This document shows, piece by piece, positions 22,884 through 35,455 of a stretch of 43,888 nt of DNA. Position 1 is the stretch's first letter. Every line of letters begins with the position of its first letter. This DNA is from Vezdaea acicularis (taxonomy: Eukaryota). A program made the translations under genes and the position numbers. The notes below the pieces were generated by a model that worked only from the letters and a program-made list of their open reading frames with translations, was not told the DNA's origin and made no database searches. The DNA is taken from NCBI GenBank assembly GCA_026025075.1, contig JAPEUI010000127.1, forward strand, positions 1-43,888, in the 5' to 3' direction.

Positions 22884-23337
22884 TTTGATTGTCTTATGGA
22901 GGATCATTGGGGTAGGGAACCGAGGTTAGAGGGTAAGGGGAAATCAGCTATGGTGGGGCAGATATGGAGGGGCAGTCCGCAATATCGTATTTTACCGACG
23001 ACTTGACATTGCGAAAGAGGAAATTGGCAAGCTGGCCAGAGGGCAAGAGATCCTAGGTAAGCAAGCTGACTAAGATTCAATGCCTGGTTCTTTGAAATGG
23101 ATTATTAGGAATAATGTACTGTACAGAGTTGCATGTGAGCCTGCAATGCAGCGGGCTAGACGCGCCCGGGTATCAAACGAATGTGAATTATGAAAAGCAA
23201 CAGGTTACGAAAAGCATCTTCCAACTCCGATTTTCATTACTTTTACAGGAGAATCGAACGTATTGAAGATTAGCCTTTGAGTTTCAAGGTCGCTTCCTCA
23301 ACCCCATTTTATGCTCTAGGAGCATTGTTTCTCGCGT

Positions 23338-25201
23338 TTAGAAAACGTACTAAAGGCACATTAGTGGAGGCGTCAAGGGAATGAAGTGGTTACCTACAGG
23401 GATGAACAGATACGGAACCTGTCGTTTGTACTCTTGCCAAGCCTCGCCGTACTTTTCTTCGCATCGCTGGATGTCTCGGACTGCTCGGTGGGCAATCATA
23501 ACAGCGAAGAATAGGGGGTAAAACCACGGGAAAGGGCTATCAAATCCAGTAATGAGACCCCAAGTAAGTGCGAAATAGAGATCGCAAGTATAGTGGATCT
23601 TTCGAGCATATCCGTCTGAGAAAGAAAAACTTAGATCAGCACACGAAGATGCCAAAGAGCATTAGAAGGATCCTTACACCACCCATCAATCAGGATCGAG
23701 TCACCGGTATCAGTCTTAATGAATTTGGGATTCTTAACAGTCTGCCATGGCAGTTGAGGGAATGTCTTCCGCTGAAAGAACCCCCCTCGCTCCTGCTGCC
23801 TGAACTTATTCTTCTGGCTGTTGGTGGTGTCCCAGACCCAATAGACGAATAGATACGAGACGTACAGAGCTACGAGAAAGTATCTATTCCACTTGTAGAC
23901 GGATGGAGCATGGTTAGCGAGATAGATGGTACAATGACAGTAGCTGAGCGGAACACCAGCGAGGTTCCAGAAGATTAGCATGAAACCCCACTTCTCGTAA
24001 TACATGTCCCTGTTTGGTGTTTAGCGCTTGTCAGGAAATTGGCCTGGCTCAAGATCACTCACCATGTTGGAGCGATGCATTCCTCCCCCTTCGAGCATGC
24101 ATTGGCGTACAAGAAATGCGCCATGACCAAGAATCCAACCTCGCCAGAGACCCAACCGAATTGTTCGTACTGCCTTGCTGCGGCAGCGCAAGAGATCAGA
24201 AATAGCATGTACCAAGGTAGTCGAACCTCAAGGAACATCTTGAAGTCCAGGATGCCGAACATTCGAGGATTCAACTCTGCTCCCATGAAAAAGTCATATA
24301 CAGGGTACCCAGTCATCCGATGCTCTACCCCACGATACAGTGCCGAGAAATAAGCAATAAACGATACCACAATCCCGCTGATGATTGAGACAGACATTAG
24401 AGGCCCGAATTCATCGATCAAAGTGTACAATGGAAATAGCCCGGTGAAGTGCAGCGCCGCTGCCACAACAATAGTGGTATAGAAAGACCATACCCCTGAG
24501 CAGTAGTATCTCAACTGCTTTCCACCTTCATGTTCAAGCGGTTTCCCTAGAGTCCAGACACCAGGAAGGAGACAATAACATGCTGCTTCGAAGATGCAAA
24601 AAGTCCAGTATATTATCCAGGCTTTCAAACTAGGATAGGCTCCTTCGTATACCAGATGCCCCATATACTTGAAGAATTCCGTATAGCTTTGCCGGCTAGT
24701 TGGTCGAGGGAGACGTCCATCGTAATAAGTCGCTCCGATCCACATGTAATACATTAGTAATGGGAAGCCGATCATTAACGCAGTTACACCCCAAGAGCCA
24801 CCAAATTCGAAGCGACCACTATAGTCAATCTTTGGATCCCTGGTTCCATGGAATCCATTGGCGAGTTTCCCATTTGCGGTGCCATTGGCCTTGCTTTTTC
24901 TCTTGACCGGAATTTGGACTTCAACCATGCTGGTCATAGAAGGGGAGACATCTTCAGAGTTCTCGGAGTCTGTATGCTCGATTGGCTTTTGGCGCGACTT
25001 ACGGATAGGGGGCGTTTCGACCATTCCAGGGTATTCGGATTTCCTTGAAGATTATTTGTTAGTCTCGAGGTCATGTAGAAATGTAGATCGAGAGCTTGGC
25101 ACGGCTCTAGATATTTGCATATCCTAGAAGAGTACTGACCTCGGAGTGGACTTCCCCGTAGCTTGTCGAGTCACTCTTTTGGTTGTTGGGGGGGTGTCCA
25201 T
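23338..25201 (-). CDS. ERG4: Delta-24(24(1))-sterol reductase; 5 exons
   Basis: [103 protein letters not shown]. Introns 25044-25139, 24010-24062, 23616-23677, 23350-23397. Confidence 0.96.
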
Positions 25202-26110
25202 GGTTCAAGCTGGAATTTTGAAATTAGTGACCTCGTCTTAATGGCAATTGAACGCTCCGAGTTTACCCAGATGACGCAACTTCGAAACGATGAACTGCCA
25301 GGATGATATACCTGGCGTCTTTTCACATATGTAACTGCACTATTACGAGATGTGGCAGTAGGGGGCCTTTTCTGTTTTCGTCACTATTCGCCAAATACAA
25401 TGATGCCGAGAACGCGATCTCGGACGTGTCGCGGTGGCCAATCATGTCGGCTTTCTCGCCTCTCGAATCATAGGGTAATTTGGACCTCTGCGCAACGTCT
25501 CTAACCAATTGTGTCTTCTTTCATACGCCTTTTAATTGGACGAATTCCGATTATGATATGGTCCGGGCAATCGTGACATTGGGAGGAATATTGAAGGGCA
25601 ACGAGAAAGAATCATCGAGGTTTTGTATTATTATATGATCAACTTTAGGGAAGGGAGGAGCTGTGATCAGGGACTTTTGATTGATCAGTATACCCTAGAT
25701 CGTTCACACATAGCCTCTATTTAACTAAAACATTTGATTATGACCCGAGAGAACCTGTCCATATGTCTGGAAACAAGCAGGCTCGCTATGCTGCCCTACA
25801 TCAATCAGGTAGAAATGCTCCTCACAAGTGCTATAGCCCAATCGAAGGGTGTGAGGAGCAGAAGCGCGAAGACCACTAACACAACGTGATATGTACAGGA
25901 TTGGCTTCGAAGAGTCCAGTGAGCCTATTTGGACAAACGCAATATAGAGCGTATGCCAATTACTCTCGGAGCCAAACGAAAATACTTGGGTTTGCATGTC
26001 CCAGCCGTTATCAGGACAAACAATTGCTCGCACAGATCCCTTGGTTCGTTGCCATGAAGAGATAAGAAACCTCTAGGAGAATAATAATAGGCAGAATGAT
26101 AACGTCGAAC

Positions 26111-28948
26111 CTAGGTATCGATTCTTTGGTAAAACAACAGGTACGCAACCTTATTATCTTTAAAGAATTTGTCGCTTTCCTTGCTCTGGCCTGTAGGTGT
26201 AGCAGAGCCAGACCAAGCCTTTTTGCCACCAGGCGAGCTACTGTTGGTGGTTCCCGCGCCGTTGACTTGCTTCCAGTCACCATCATCTGCGCTACCTTGC
26301 TCACCATCTAATTCTGGTAGCTCAAATGGTTTCAAGTCAGGCCTTGAATCATTCTTCGCACCTTCCTCGGTCGCAGTGGCGAATTTCTTAGAATCCTCCT
26401 CACTTCCTCCTTGAGCAACATCTTCGCTTCGAAGACGCCTGATAACTGTATCATCGATGCGAATCCATTCACGGCCTTCTTGACGTCGTACATCTACAGT
26501 GTAATGCCCTCCACTAGCGTTTTTTCCATGATGATAGACCACGCCAATCAGGCGATATTTAGGTAGCCCGTTTTGCTTCATAATCGCATTCCTTTTATGC
26601 GAAGGGAAGACCTCTTTGGGAATTTCGAGCTCTAACGGATATCCAATTTTCTTCCATATCTTCTGCGTGCCACCAGTGTTGTCATATTGAAACCTCTTCA
26701 AATGAAGTATCAGTACAGTAGGAAGAGTATCTATGAAAACTTGCTTCACTGCAGAGACGTTTGATCCTCGTGCAGAGTTAAAATCGCCATGCAGGGTTTC
26801 AGATCTTGTCAAACCTTTCAGCGCATCGATGATGTTGTGCACCTGTGGTGACTGTATATCAAGTTGTAATGGTTGATAAGGCTCCAAGGTGACCGAGTTT
26901 TTAAGGCCTTGAACTCGGAGCTCGGAGCGAAGCTTGCCACCAAAGATCTTTGTGATCGGAGACTCCATTGCAATCGTGCCCGACGATCGGGTGATTGCAG
27001 CCTTTTGCTTAGGCCCAACTTCAAGCCACCCTCCATCATTCTGAGATTCTGGCAAGCTTATGCGATCTGTTGTAGAATCGTCCTGGCCAGAAAAAGCGCC
27101 CGTGGTGGGGCTGGATATTCCTGATCGAGACTGCGGTGTGTTTACAGTTCTCATAGCTCTGACACACTCTTCATGGAGTTCTTCAAGTAAGAAACCCAAG
27201 AACTCCTCGGCATCTTGCTGATGGCCTCGCTACTTTTCATTAGTCTGATTCGCAAAATCTTTATTAGGAAGTACATACTCTCATGCTCGCAAACTTGGGC
27301 AATCTTCTAATAGCATCATACACAAACTCAGGGGTAAAGGCCTCGCCATACTGCTCTAACTCGTTATCCTTTAACCGCATCCGTAATTTTTCTACGGAGA
27401 TTGCAGAGTCAATGGTGCGGAATTCCCGCATGAACATAATCCTGTAGCGCTTGAGCTCCAGCTTTTTAAATTCAAGATGGTAGGCCGGGACTTACATCGC
27501 ATCAAGCAAAGGAGTTTCACTCTTGAAGCTATGCGTCGCCTGCATTCCGATACGCCGAAGGAAAGTGTAGAAAGGAACACAAGACACCAATATTTGGAGC
27601 ACCTGTAAGAAGGAAGTCAGTAATTACAGCCGATATTTGATTAAATTAATGCATCGTACCGAATTCATGTAGCACATATTTCCCGTATTCACAAGACCTC
27701 GCGGCTCTAGGAAAGAGATCTTATGGTCATCTGAATCGAATTGACCTGCTTGTATAGAGTTGAGGACAGCAGCAAGCGAAAAGGATTTTGATTTATCCCC
27801 ATCACCTTGAGGTATGGTATTACTCGTTACCAAGGGTGCCACAGATGGTTGTTTCGAAGCGTTTGACCTCACCAAATCAGCCCAAGATTTGTGAGCTACT
27901 TTTTGTATCGGAGACGGCGTCTTGATTTCACTAGCTCTATCTGGAAGCTGAGCCTGCTCTGGCGATTTGTCCGCAACTTCAACCACAGGGTTGTCTGTTA
28001 CTGGTTGTGGCAGTGACGTGAGTGCAGCAGCTGATATAGAGGCCGTTGAATCCCGAGGAACATGCCTAGGAACGACAGGAACAATGGGCACGGCAGGCGC
28101 AATCGGTATAGCTGGTACCACTGCGCGCGGAGTAGTCTTCTCGGATTGAGTTGGGATAGAAGAAGTCGTAGGTAAAGCTGATTGGGGCGTAGTAGGATGT
28201 GTGGAGTCGACTTCAGAAGGAGGCTGAGAAGGCTGCGTTGTCTCTGAATCTGACGCAATTGGCCCGGTAGTTTCTAGATTTGCAGTGGAAACAGTTCTTG
28301 TGATCTCTCGTTTTGCTACTTGGTCGGGGAGCTCAAGTAAAGGGGAGGATGTAGGTGTTCTGCGTTTTCGTCGCGGTCGAACGGCTCGAGAGGGAACTGG
28401 TTCGTCGGGGTGAGACAGCCATGGTAACTGTCATAATTAGTTGGTTAATTACTGTTAGATTATAATGGGACGTGGAAACATACCGGAGGGCAGTATGAAA
28501 CGCGTGTGACGAGTTGAGGATTAGACGTTGTTGCAGGAGAAGATTCTCTACGAGTAGAAGGCGTCCGTAGGTTCATAGAGTGGGAAGAACTTGTTGGCGA
28601 GAGTATGCTATGGGTGGTAGTGGACGAGGTAGGCCGAGATGGAGGTTGTGCTAGGAAATGCGGCGATGGCTGCGAATGAGCATATGAGGATACGACTAGT
28701 GGTGCCTGTGGGTAGGGGCGGTGCTGAGGAGGGGCGTAATTGTGGTATTGCTGATTCCATTGTTGGTGCTGCGGATGGGGTTGGTAGTAGTATTGCTGAG
28801 GATGAGGGTGAGGGTTATGATGATAGCCATTGTATTGCATTGGAACCATATGACCAGCCTGTGAACCATAAGGGAGTTCGGCTTGCCTTCTGTAAACAGG
28901 GATGGCAGGTTGCACCGGAGGCACTGCCGGCAGATGAGGATTCATCAT
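26111..28948 (-). CDS. UBP3: Ubiquitin carboxyl-terminal hydrolase, UBP3/USP10-like; 5 exons
   Basis: Cys box PRGLVNTGNMCYMNSVLQ, QQDAEEFLGFLL, LILHLKRF, His box GVVYHHGKNASGGHYT, VAYLLFYQR. Q/P/H/Y-rich N-terminus. Introns 28428-28483, 27603-27659, 27442-27495, 27230-27278. Confidence 0.92.
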
Positions 28949-29828
28949 GCCGGCTGGACTCAGCTATCTCTCCTCTTGCAACTCAATGTGATAGCGCCGC
29001 TAAAACCTGTCTGAGTGGTTGTTTGAGTTCGGGAGCTGGGAGGAGTCGACCTTGACCGGTTTGGAGTAGGTCAGAATGGTTAAGGCTGAAGAAAAAGAGT
29101 GTTGGTTCCAGCTAGAGGAATTACTCCGTTGAGATGTGCTGTGAAAATTTTAGTGAGTGTAAAGAAGGGTTTGTGTTGATCTGATGTCGTGAGGTGCAAG
29201 CAAGTCGGCCGTCGGCTGGCGGAAATTGTGATCGTGGGCAGCCGGAGCGAAGGCAGAAACGGCCGATCCTTCGCAAGCCTGCTTCAACGCCCTCTGGGAC
29301 TTAATCCGCAGATACCGCTTCTCAATATGGTCATCAGATGAAATGATTGTGAGCTAGAGAGTTCACAGGGTATCTATGTGATGGAGTTCATTTCGTAATA
29401 TACAAGTGCTCATTGAAATGGCCAGAGTGAGAGCACGTAGCTCTCGGGCTTGGCAGAATTCAGAAAAACATCGTCACTAATGCACGACAAGCATGTGTCG
29501 GCTGCAGATTTAGAGATTATTGGATGCAGAGCTGTTTGGTAGTCAATATACTTCTTTGATATATATCTAGCTTGAACGCTCTCATGGTGATCGCACGCAA
29601 ATATGGAGGCTCCGTGACCACCGACGTATTAGAACGGCCAGGATTGAAAGGAGGTGAACGAGGCTAGTGGGGCTACAGATGCCCAGAGAGACTTGTTGCA
29701 CCGCCTCGCTCTTGACTAAGCGACCAATTTAGGGACATGTCGGAAGTGAGATGGCCGTGAAGCAATGAAACGTCCCTTTACTCTGAGATCACCAGGGATT
29801 TCTATCAAATCGTTGCATAAGCTGCGAG

Positions 29829-31364
29829 ATGTCGACAACGCAGCCCGTCCATACAGATTCAATAGAGCAGGAGGGCTCAAGCGTTGATGAATCGAAGAAA
29901 TCCAAAACAAGGAGGCCAGCAAGTATGGAACTAGTTACGTATAACAGAGCTCGGTGTACTAACCTTCGTTCTGCTTCATAGATACTGCTTTCCGACAGCA
30001 GCGGTTGAAAGCATGGCAGTGAGTATTGTTTTCAACAGATCGCAAGCCTCCATCCTGGCTAATACAATACAGGCCGATTCTTACCCCGAAGACAGTACTT
30101 CCTCTCTTCTTTACGATTGGAATCATATTTGCACCCATAGGGGGGCTATTGTTATGGGCGAGCTCGCAAGTATGTCATACATCGATATCCTACCATCCAC
30201 GGCTGAAAGACTCATTCTCGTATCCTTCCAGGTCCAAGAGATTGTCATCGATTACTCAGACTGTCAAACCAAAGCTAGTGATACGGATTTCACGCCAATG
30301 CATGGACTAGTCACGTCGCACTTCAAGTCAACAAATAGCAATACCGTAGCTTCTGCGCAGTGGAAAAAAGGCGTCTCCAAGGAGAAATCTCCTCTTAGTG
30401 GGATAGAACTTGATACTCCTGTCTGCTCTATACAGTTCGGCATACCGGATAACATCGGTCCCCCAGTGCTCTTCTATTATCGTCTCACGAACTTTTATCA
30501 GAATCATAGAAGATATGTCAAGTCTCTCGATTCAAACCAGCTTAAAGGCGATGCTAGTTCCAATTCCACCATTTACAGTGGCACTTGCGACCCCCTCCGC
30601 CTGAACGCTAGTGGATTCGCGTATTATCCGTGCGGGCTCATTGCAAATTCACTATTCAACGATACTTTCCTGAGCCCGGTCTTGCTTGATGTCCAGGATG
30701 GCTCTGCTCCGAACAAGACCTATTCCATGAGTAATAAAGGAATTGCCTGGGATAGCGACAAGCAACTCTATAAGCCGACAAAATACAATTGGGATCAAGT
30801 CACCCCCCCTGAGAACTGGCGAGCGCATTACCCAGACTTCTACACTGAGGAAAATCCGCCTCCAAATCTGCATGACAATGAAGAGTTCCAAGTCTGGATG
30901 AGGACAGCTGGCTTACCAACATTCAGCAAGCTTGCATTGAGGAATGATGCTGATGTGATGACAAGTGGTACTTACCAGGTTGATATCTGGGACAGTAAGT
31001 TAATAATTCGCTAGAAAAATTTAAAGCATTTTGTTCATAATAAGCAGATTTCCCGGTAACAATCTATGGAGGCACGAAATCTATCGTAGTCTCCACAAGG
31101 ACTGTTATGGGAGGTAGAAATCCCTTCCTTGGCATCGCGTATGTGGTAGTTGGAGGCCTATGTGTACTTCTCGGCGCATTATTCACCGCTACACATCTGA
31201 TAAGACCAAGGTGAGTGCGCTCCTAACAGTATAGATGTAAGTTCATTAACTCATTAATAAGGAAATTGGGCGATCACACCTATCTTACCTGGAACAACGA
31301 TCAGCCTAGTACAGCAACGACGACTGGTCGCGAAGCTAGACCGGGTCAGAACGACGTTGCTTGA
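29829..31364 (+). CDS. CDC50: CDC50/LEM3 family P4-ATPase (flippase) beta subunit; 6 exons
   Basis: [98 protein letters not shown]. Introns 29923-29981, 30019-30072, 30170-30231, 30995-31047, 31211-31261. Confidence 0.94.
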
Positions 31365-31815
31365 CCAACCTTTGTAGATATGTGTTCATTTTATTAAAAC
31401 TTGATTGCGGGGACGGCGCTGGACGGCTTTGGGTTTTGATACTAGATACGTTGTTCTGATAAACGGGTTAAAGTGATCTTGAGTCTTCCACTTCCAGAAT
31501 CGAATGCAGCTTTCTCTCACCTTGTGTTCAAAGGACGATTGGAATGTCTGGTGGAAGTACTAGGTGAATTTCGAGGTCCCCTTATGGGTCTGGCATGCAA
31601 TTTCTAATAAGATCTCATCGCATTCTTCAGCTACCGCACGCATTCCGGACAGCTACCATCACCACCATCCGCCAACCTCCTTTACTTCTCACTGCTAACC
31701 TGACTTCTGAAGGATTCTCCATGTATTAATAACGTTCATTGACCTTGTCGTATGTTATAGACACATCGCAAATCTACTTATTACTACTCCACTCGATCGA
31801 CGACGACAACATCTA

Positions 31816-32655
31816 ATGCATTCAGCACCTCTCCTCCTCGCACCTCTCAGTGCTCTCGCAGCCTCCCGCGTCCGTTGCAATACTGGCAACCCCGGGCCAG
31901 CCCTTATTGCCAACCATGAGAACCTGTACATGAACCAGAACGAAAGCCTCGCCCCTGCACAGCAGCGCATAGCCCAGACCTATTCCCAGCAGAGCATAGC
32001 TGTCGACACTTTCTTCCACGCCGTATCGAACGACTCTATCATCCTTGACAACATAGACGAAGTGCTAATCCAGCAGCTCGCGGTCATCAACAACCTCTAC
32101 GCCCCCCACAGCATCTCTTTCCAGCTGAAGGGTACCACCAAGACCTTGAACAGCACCTGGGCTTTCTCTGGCGATGACAACGCCATGCACACTGCCCTTC
32201 GTAACGGAACGTACAGCACACTGAACATCTACTTCTTGACCCAATTGCAGGGCAACGTGTTAGGCGTATGTTCACTCCCTACTTCCCCACCCGGGAACGA
32301 CTCCTCGGACGGATGCAGCGTCGATATTCAATCCCTCCCCGGCGGAGCTTACCAAGGTTTCAACGAAGGCAAAACGGCCGTGCATGAGATAGGGCATTGG
32401 TTCGGCCTCCTGCACACCTTTCAGGATAACACGTGTGATGGGGGGGATTCAGGTGATTTTGTAAGTGACACGCCGCAGGAGAGCGAGGCGACAAGCGGTT
32501 GTCCACAGGGCAAGGATAGCTGCCCGGGTAGTCCTGGATCAGATCCGATTCAGAACTACATGGACTATAGCACAGATGAGTGCTATAGTATGTTTACGGA
32601 TGGGCAAGAACAGCGCATGTACCAGATGTTTGATATGTATAGGCGGGGTAATTAG
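31816..32655 (+). CDS. Secreted zinc metalloprotease, peptidase M43 (MEP1/pappalysin-like)
   Basis: Zinc motif HEIGHWFGLLH, GDFVSDTP, Met-turn NYMDY, FTDGQ..RM. Short hydrophobic N-terminus. Single exon. Confidence 0.93.
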   Translation: MHSAPLLLAPLSALAASRVRCNTGNPGPALIANHENLYMNQNESLAPAQQRIAQTYSQQSIAVDTFFHAVSNDSIILDNIDEVLIQQLAVINNLYAPHSISFQLKGTTKTLNSTWAFSGDDNAMHTALRNGTYSTLNIYFLTQLQGNVLGVCSLPTSPPGNDSSDGCSVDIQSLPGGAYQGFNEGKTAVHEIGHWFGLLHTFQDNTCDGGDSGDFVSDTPQESEATSGCPQGKDSCPGSPGSDPIQNYMDYSTDECYSMFTDGQEQRMYQMFDMYRRGN

Positions 32656-32900
32656 TTCATTGTCGAAGATGTATCAAAAGCCAGGGGAAACTGTGATAGG
32701 TGGCTTAGTTTTACAACAATATGCATCGTTATAATGAACTCTTCAGAGCGGTCATCTAAAAGCCCAGCTGAATAGAATATAGCGGATGCTATTCTGAAGA
32801 GCAATGTACCAAGCTGGTTGTTCAAAGGATTTGTCTGAAGTATTCCGAAAGTACTTGTGAGGTCCAGCAATATATAGCCGTAATTGATAAGGATGCTCCT

Positions 32901-35036
32901 TCAAAATCCGTCTTTAAGAACCCATCTCTTATCTACCTCTTTTGTGCCCTTTCTTTCTGCTACAAGATCGAGCGTACCTCTGATGGCGTCTTTCGGCACC
33001 TTTGGAAATCTAAAGAGAACGAATCAATGGGCATTTCTAGATGTAAAGAGTCGTCAAATACGCTCACCTCTTCTTAAGCATTTCCACTATGCCGGCCTTC
33101 GTCAAATCACTACCTGCAATGGCTTGTTTGAACTCTTCCATATTTTCTGCATCGACCAACCGTGGAGGGACCTTAAATGGCTTTGCTTCATTGCTCCCAA
33201 ATTTGAGATCACCTAAAATGGCAGGCTTGCTACCGCTATTGGCATTGGCAGAGGATTTTGTGATTGCGTGGAGAGGGAAGCGAGGTGGATCCATATTTCT
33301 CTTACCCGCCCATGCGGTTGAGTTTTCAGTAGCTGTGGCCTTAGATCTGCCAGATCCCCAATACTCCGTTGAATAAGGATCAATAGGAAACGAGTGAGCC
33401 ACTAGCCATGAGATGTCAGTAAAGGTCGTTTAAGGTCGGTATAAATTTTGAGCATTACACGTACACCCAATGATCTCCATTCGGCATTCCTCTGGACTTG
33501 GAATAGTCTTGGTATCATCCTTAGACTTATGCAGTAACTTCCCATCCGCTCCCTCCCAGCACATACCACTACATACCGGAACAAGGTCTTCGTCTATGGG
33601 AGGACGAATCTTGTTTGGCGTGTTAGCATCCGCATCGTCGAGAAAGTCCGCCATATCATCCCCTTCGTCCTCGTCGCCCAACTCAGCATCGCCTTCTGAG
33701 TCTAAGTCTTCACCATCCTCAGGATCCGGTTCATCCCATTCAGCTTCAGAGTCATATTCATAGTTTGTTGTAGTTATAGTCCGTCGGAACGGGTTCCTAC
33801 TCAACCTTTTGGCTTCTCTGTCACGCGGTCCTCTTGTAAATGTTCCGTGGTAAGGGGGGCGGACGTCTTCAGCGAACTTGAGAAACTTCATGGGAATCTG
33901 CTTGAGAGCAGCCGTAGGACTAATCCCACCAGCCTCATCTTCGTCAATGGTGGGATTAATTGGTAAACCTGAAGAATTGTTGATTTGGGCAACAATTTCT
34001 TTCATAGTGAACCTAAGCTTGCGACCACGTCGTCGATCTGAAGGAGAGAGGCGAAGTGCTGCAAAGAGAGTAACTTCCTTCTTGGTTGAAGTGGTGAAAC
34101 TCAGGTCAGAATCTGAGCTTGACGTCAATGGTTGGTCAAAGATATCCTTGGTCGGAGAGGTTATGCTCCCAGCTTCGCGAAAGCGATTCATTGGAGCAAT
34201 GGAGACATTGGATCGAACAAAAAATGGTGGGAAAGCGCGCCGATATTCTGAGTCTTCTGACTTTTCAGGCGAGACGAGTTGATCTAATTTCAGATGTGTA
34301 TTTTCTATTATTGATGTTTCATTCCCAAATATTGCCCCTAGAGTTGTCGCGGCGACAGGCTCAGCCGTAGATTTCTTTGGCTTAGTGAAGAAAGAATTCA
34401 ATCGTAATTGTGACTACTATTATGTAAGTAGACATTATCGAAATAGGGCAAATTGATCCTTACCCTATCTTTCTTGTTCTTTTCCTCCTCCATCTTCTTT
34501 TTCTCCTCCTCCTTCTTTTTGCGTTCATCTTCTTTCGCTTCTTCTTTCAACCGCTTCTCTTCCTCCTTTAGTCTTTTCTTCTCAAGCTTTTCCTCCTCTT
34601 TCTTGTTTCTTTCCTCATATCTCTGTCTCTTCTCCTCTTCTTTCTGGGCTTTTAATTCAGCCTTCGCTACTTCCTTCGCTTGCTTTTCTAGATCCCGCTC
34701 TTGCTTTTCCGCAAAAGTCAATTTCCGTCGCTTGGCCGGTATTGAAGTAGTTGTAGTACTTATAGCATTGCCTGCCATGGATCCATTGGCGCTCACAGAT
34801 GGCGATGTTTGTCTGCTACCGTCCAAACTTCGAGGTGCAGTTGGACTTCGATCGAGCACTGAGAGAATGCCGGAGGATGGCGTTGTGGTCGAGTCCATAT
34901 CATGATGAGCTTGGAGAGACCCCTTGGAAGGAGTTGTCGGTATTTGGGAGTCGTCTGGTCGACTATTGAGCTCATCAATGGAACGCTTCCTTGGGGTGAC
35001 CGAGATCGAAGGAGGTTGTAGCGCTAAGGGCTCCAT
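32901..35036 (-). CDS. CAC1: Chromatin assembly factor 1 large subunit (Cac1/Rlf2/p150); 4 exons
   Basis: K/E/R-rich coiled coil, PIP box QLRLNSFF, MKFLKFAEDVRPPYHGTFT, NYEYDSEAEWDE plus acidic tract, C-terminal winged-helix-like segment (GSDLTKAGIVEMLKKRFPK..KRWVL). Introns 34414-34463, 33402-33464, 33010-33067. Confidence 0.92.
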
Positions 35037-35224
35037 TCTTGCCCGTACTGTACAGAAGACGTAACAGCTAACGAGAACATGGACCTGGGAGGTCAAAGTA
35101 CTAAGGACAAGTGTTGTAGATGGGTAACACAGTCTTGTTCAAGAAATTGAATCACCAGATATGTTGACCACTGTAGAGTGTCTATTACTCAATGATACAT
35201 TAAAGATCTAGATTCCCGTACGTC

Positions 35225-35302
35225 TCGCGTCGGTCGGGCGTTGCAAGTGGGACGCGTCAAGACGAAAACGCTAGCCAAAAGGGGGAAGGCGTCCCTTCGC
35301 GT
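35225..35302. promoter_or_regulatory. Cluster of MCB-like elements in the CAC1 / hydrolase divergent promoter
   Basis: ACGCGT at 35252-35257; TCGCGT (ACGCGA on the minus strand) at 35225-35230 and 35297-35302, 190-270 bp upstream of the CAC1 ATG. Confidence 0.6.
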
Positions 35303-35455
35303 CGCGGGGCAGAAAGTTCAAGGCCGACCGTTTCCACATTATACTAGAACAGAACAATATTCATTGCCATGCGCTAAAGATGGCTTGAGCTTGTGCAATC
35401 AATCAGAGCAGGCTTTCAGAGTCATCTCGTGGATCAGGATGAATACTATCTTACG

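Noticed and set aside
29737..29888. uORFs before CDC50 (ATGs at 29737 and 29765)
   Set aside because: TSS unknown; they may lie upstream of the transcript.
34453..34905. F/S-rich hydrophobic ORF on the + strand
   Set aside because: Antisense shadow of the CAC1 K/E/R coiled coil.
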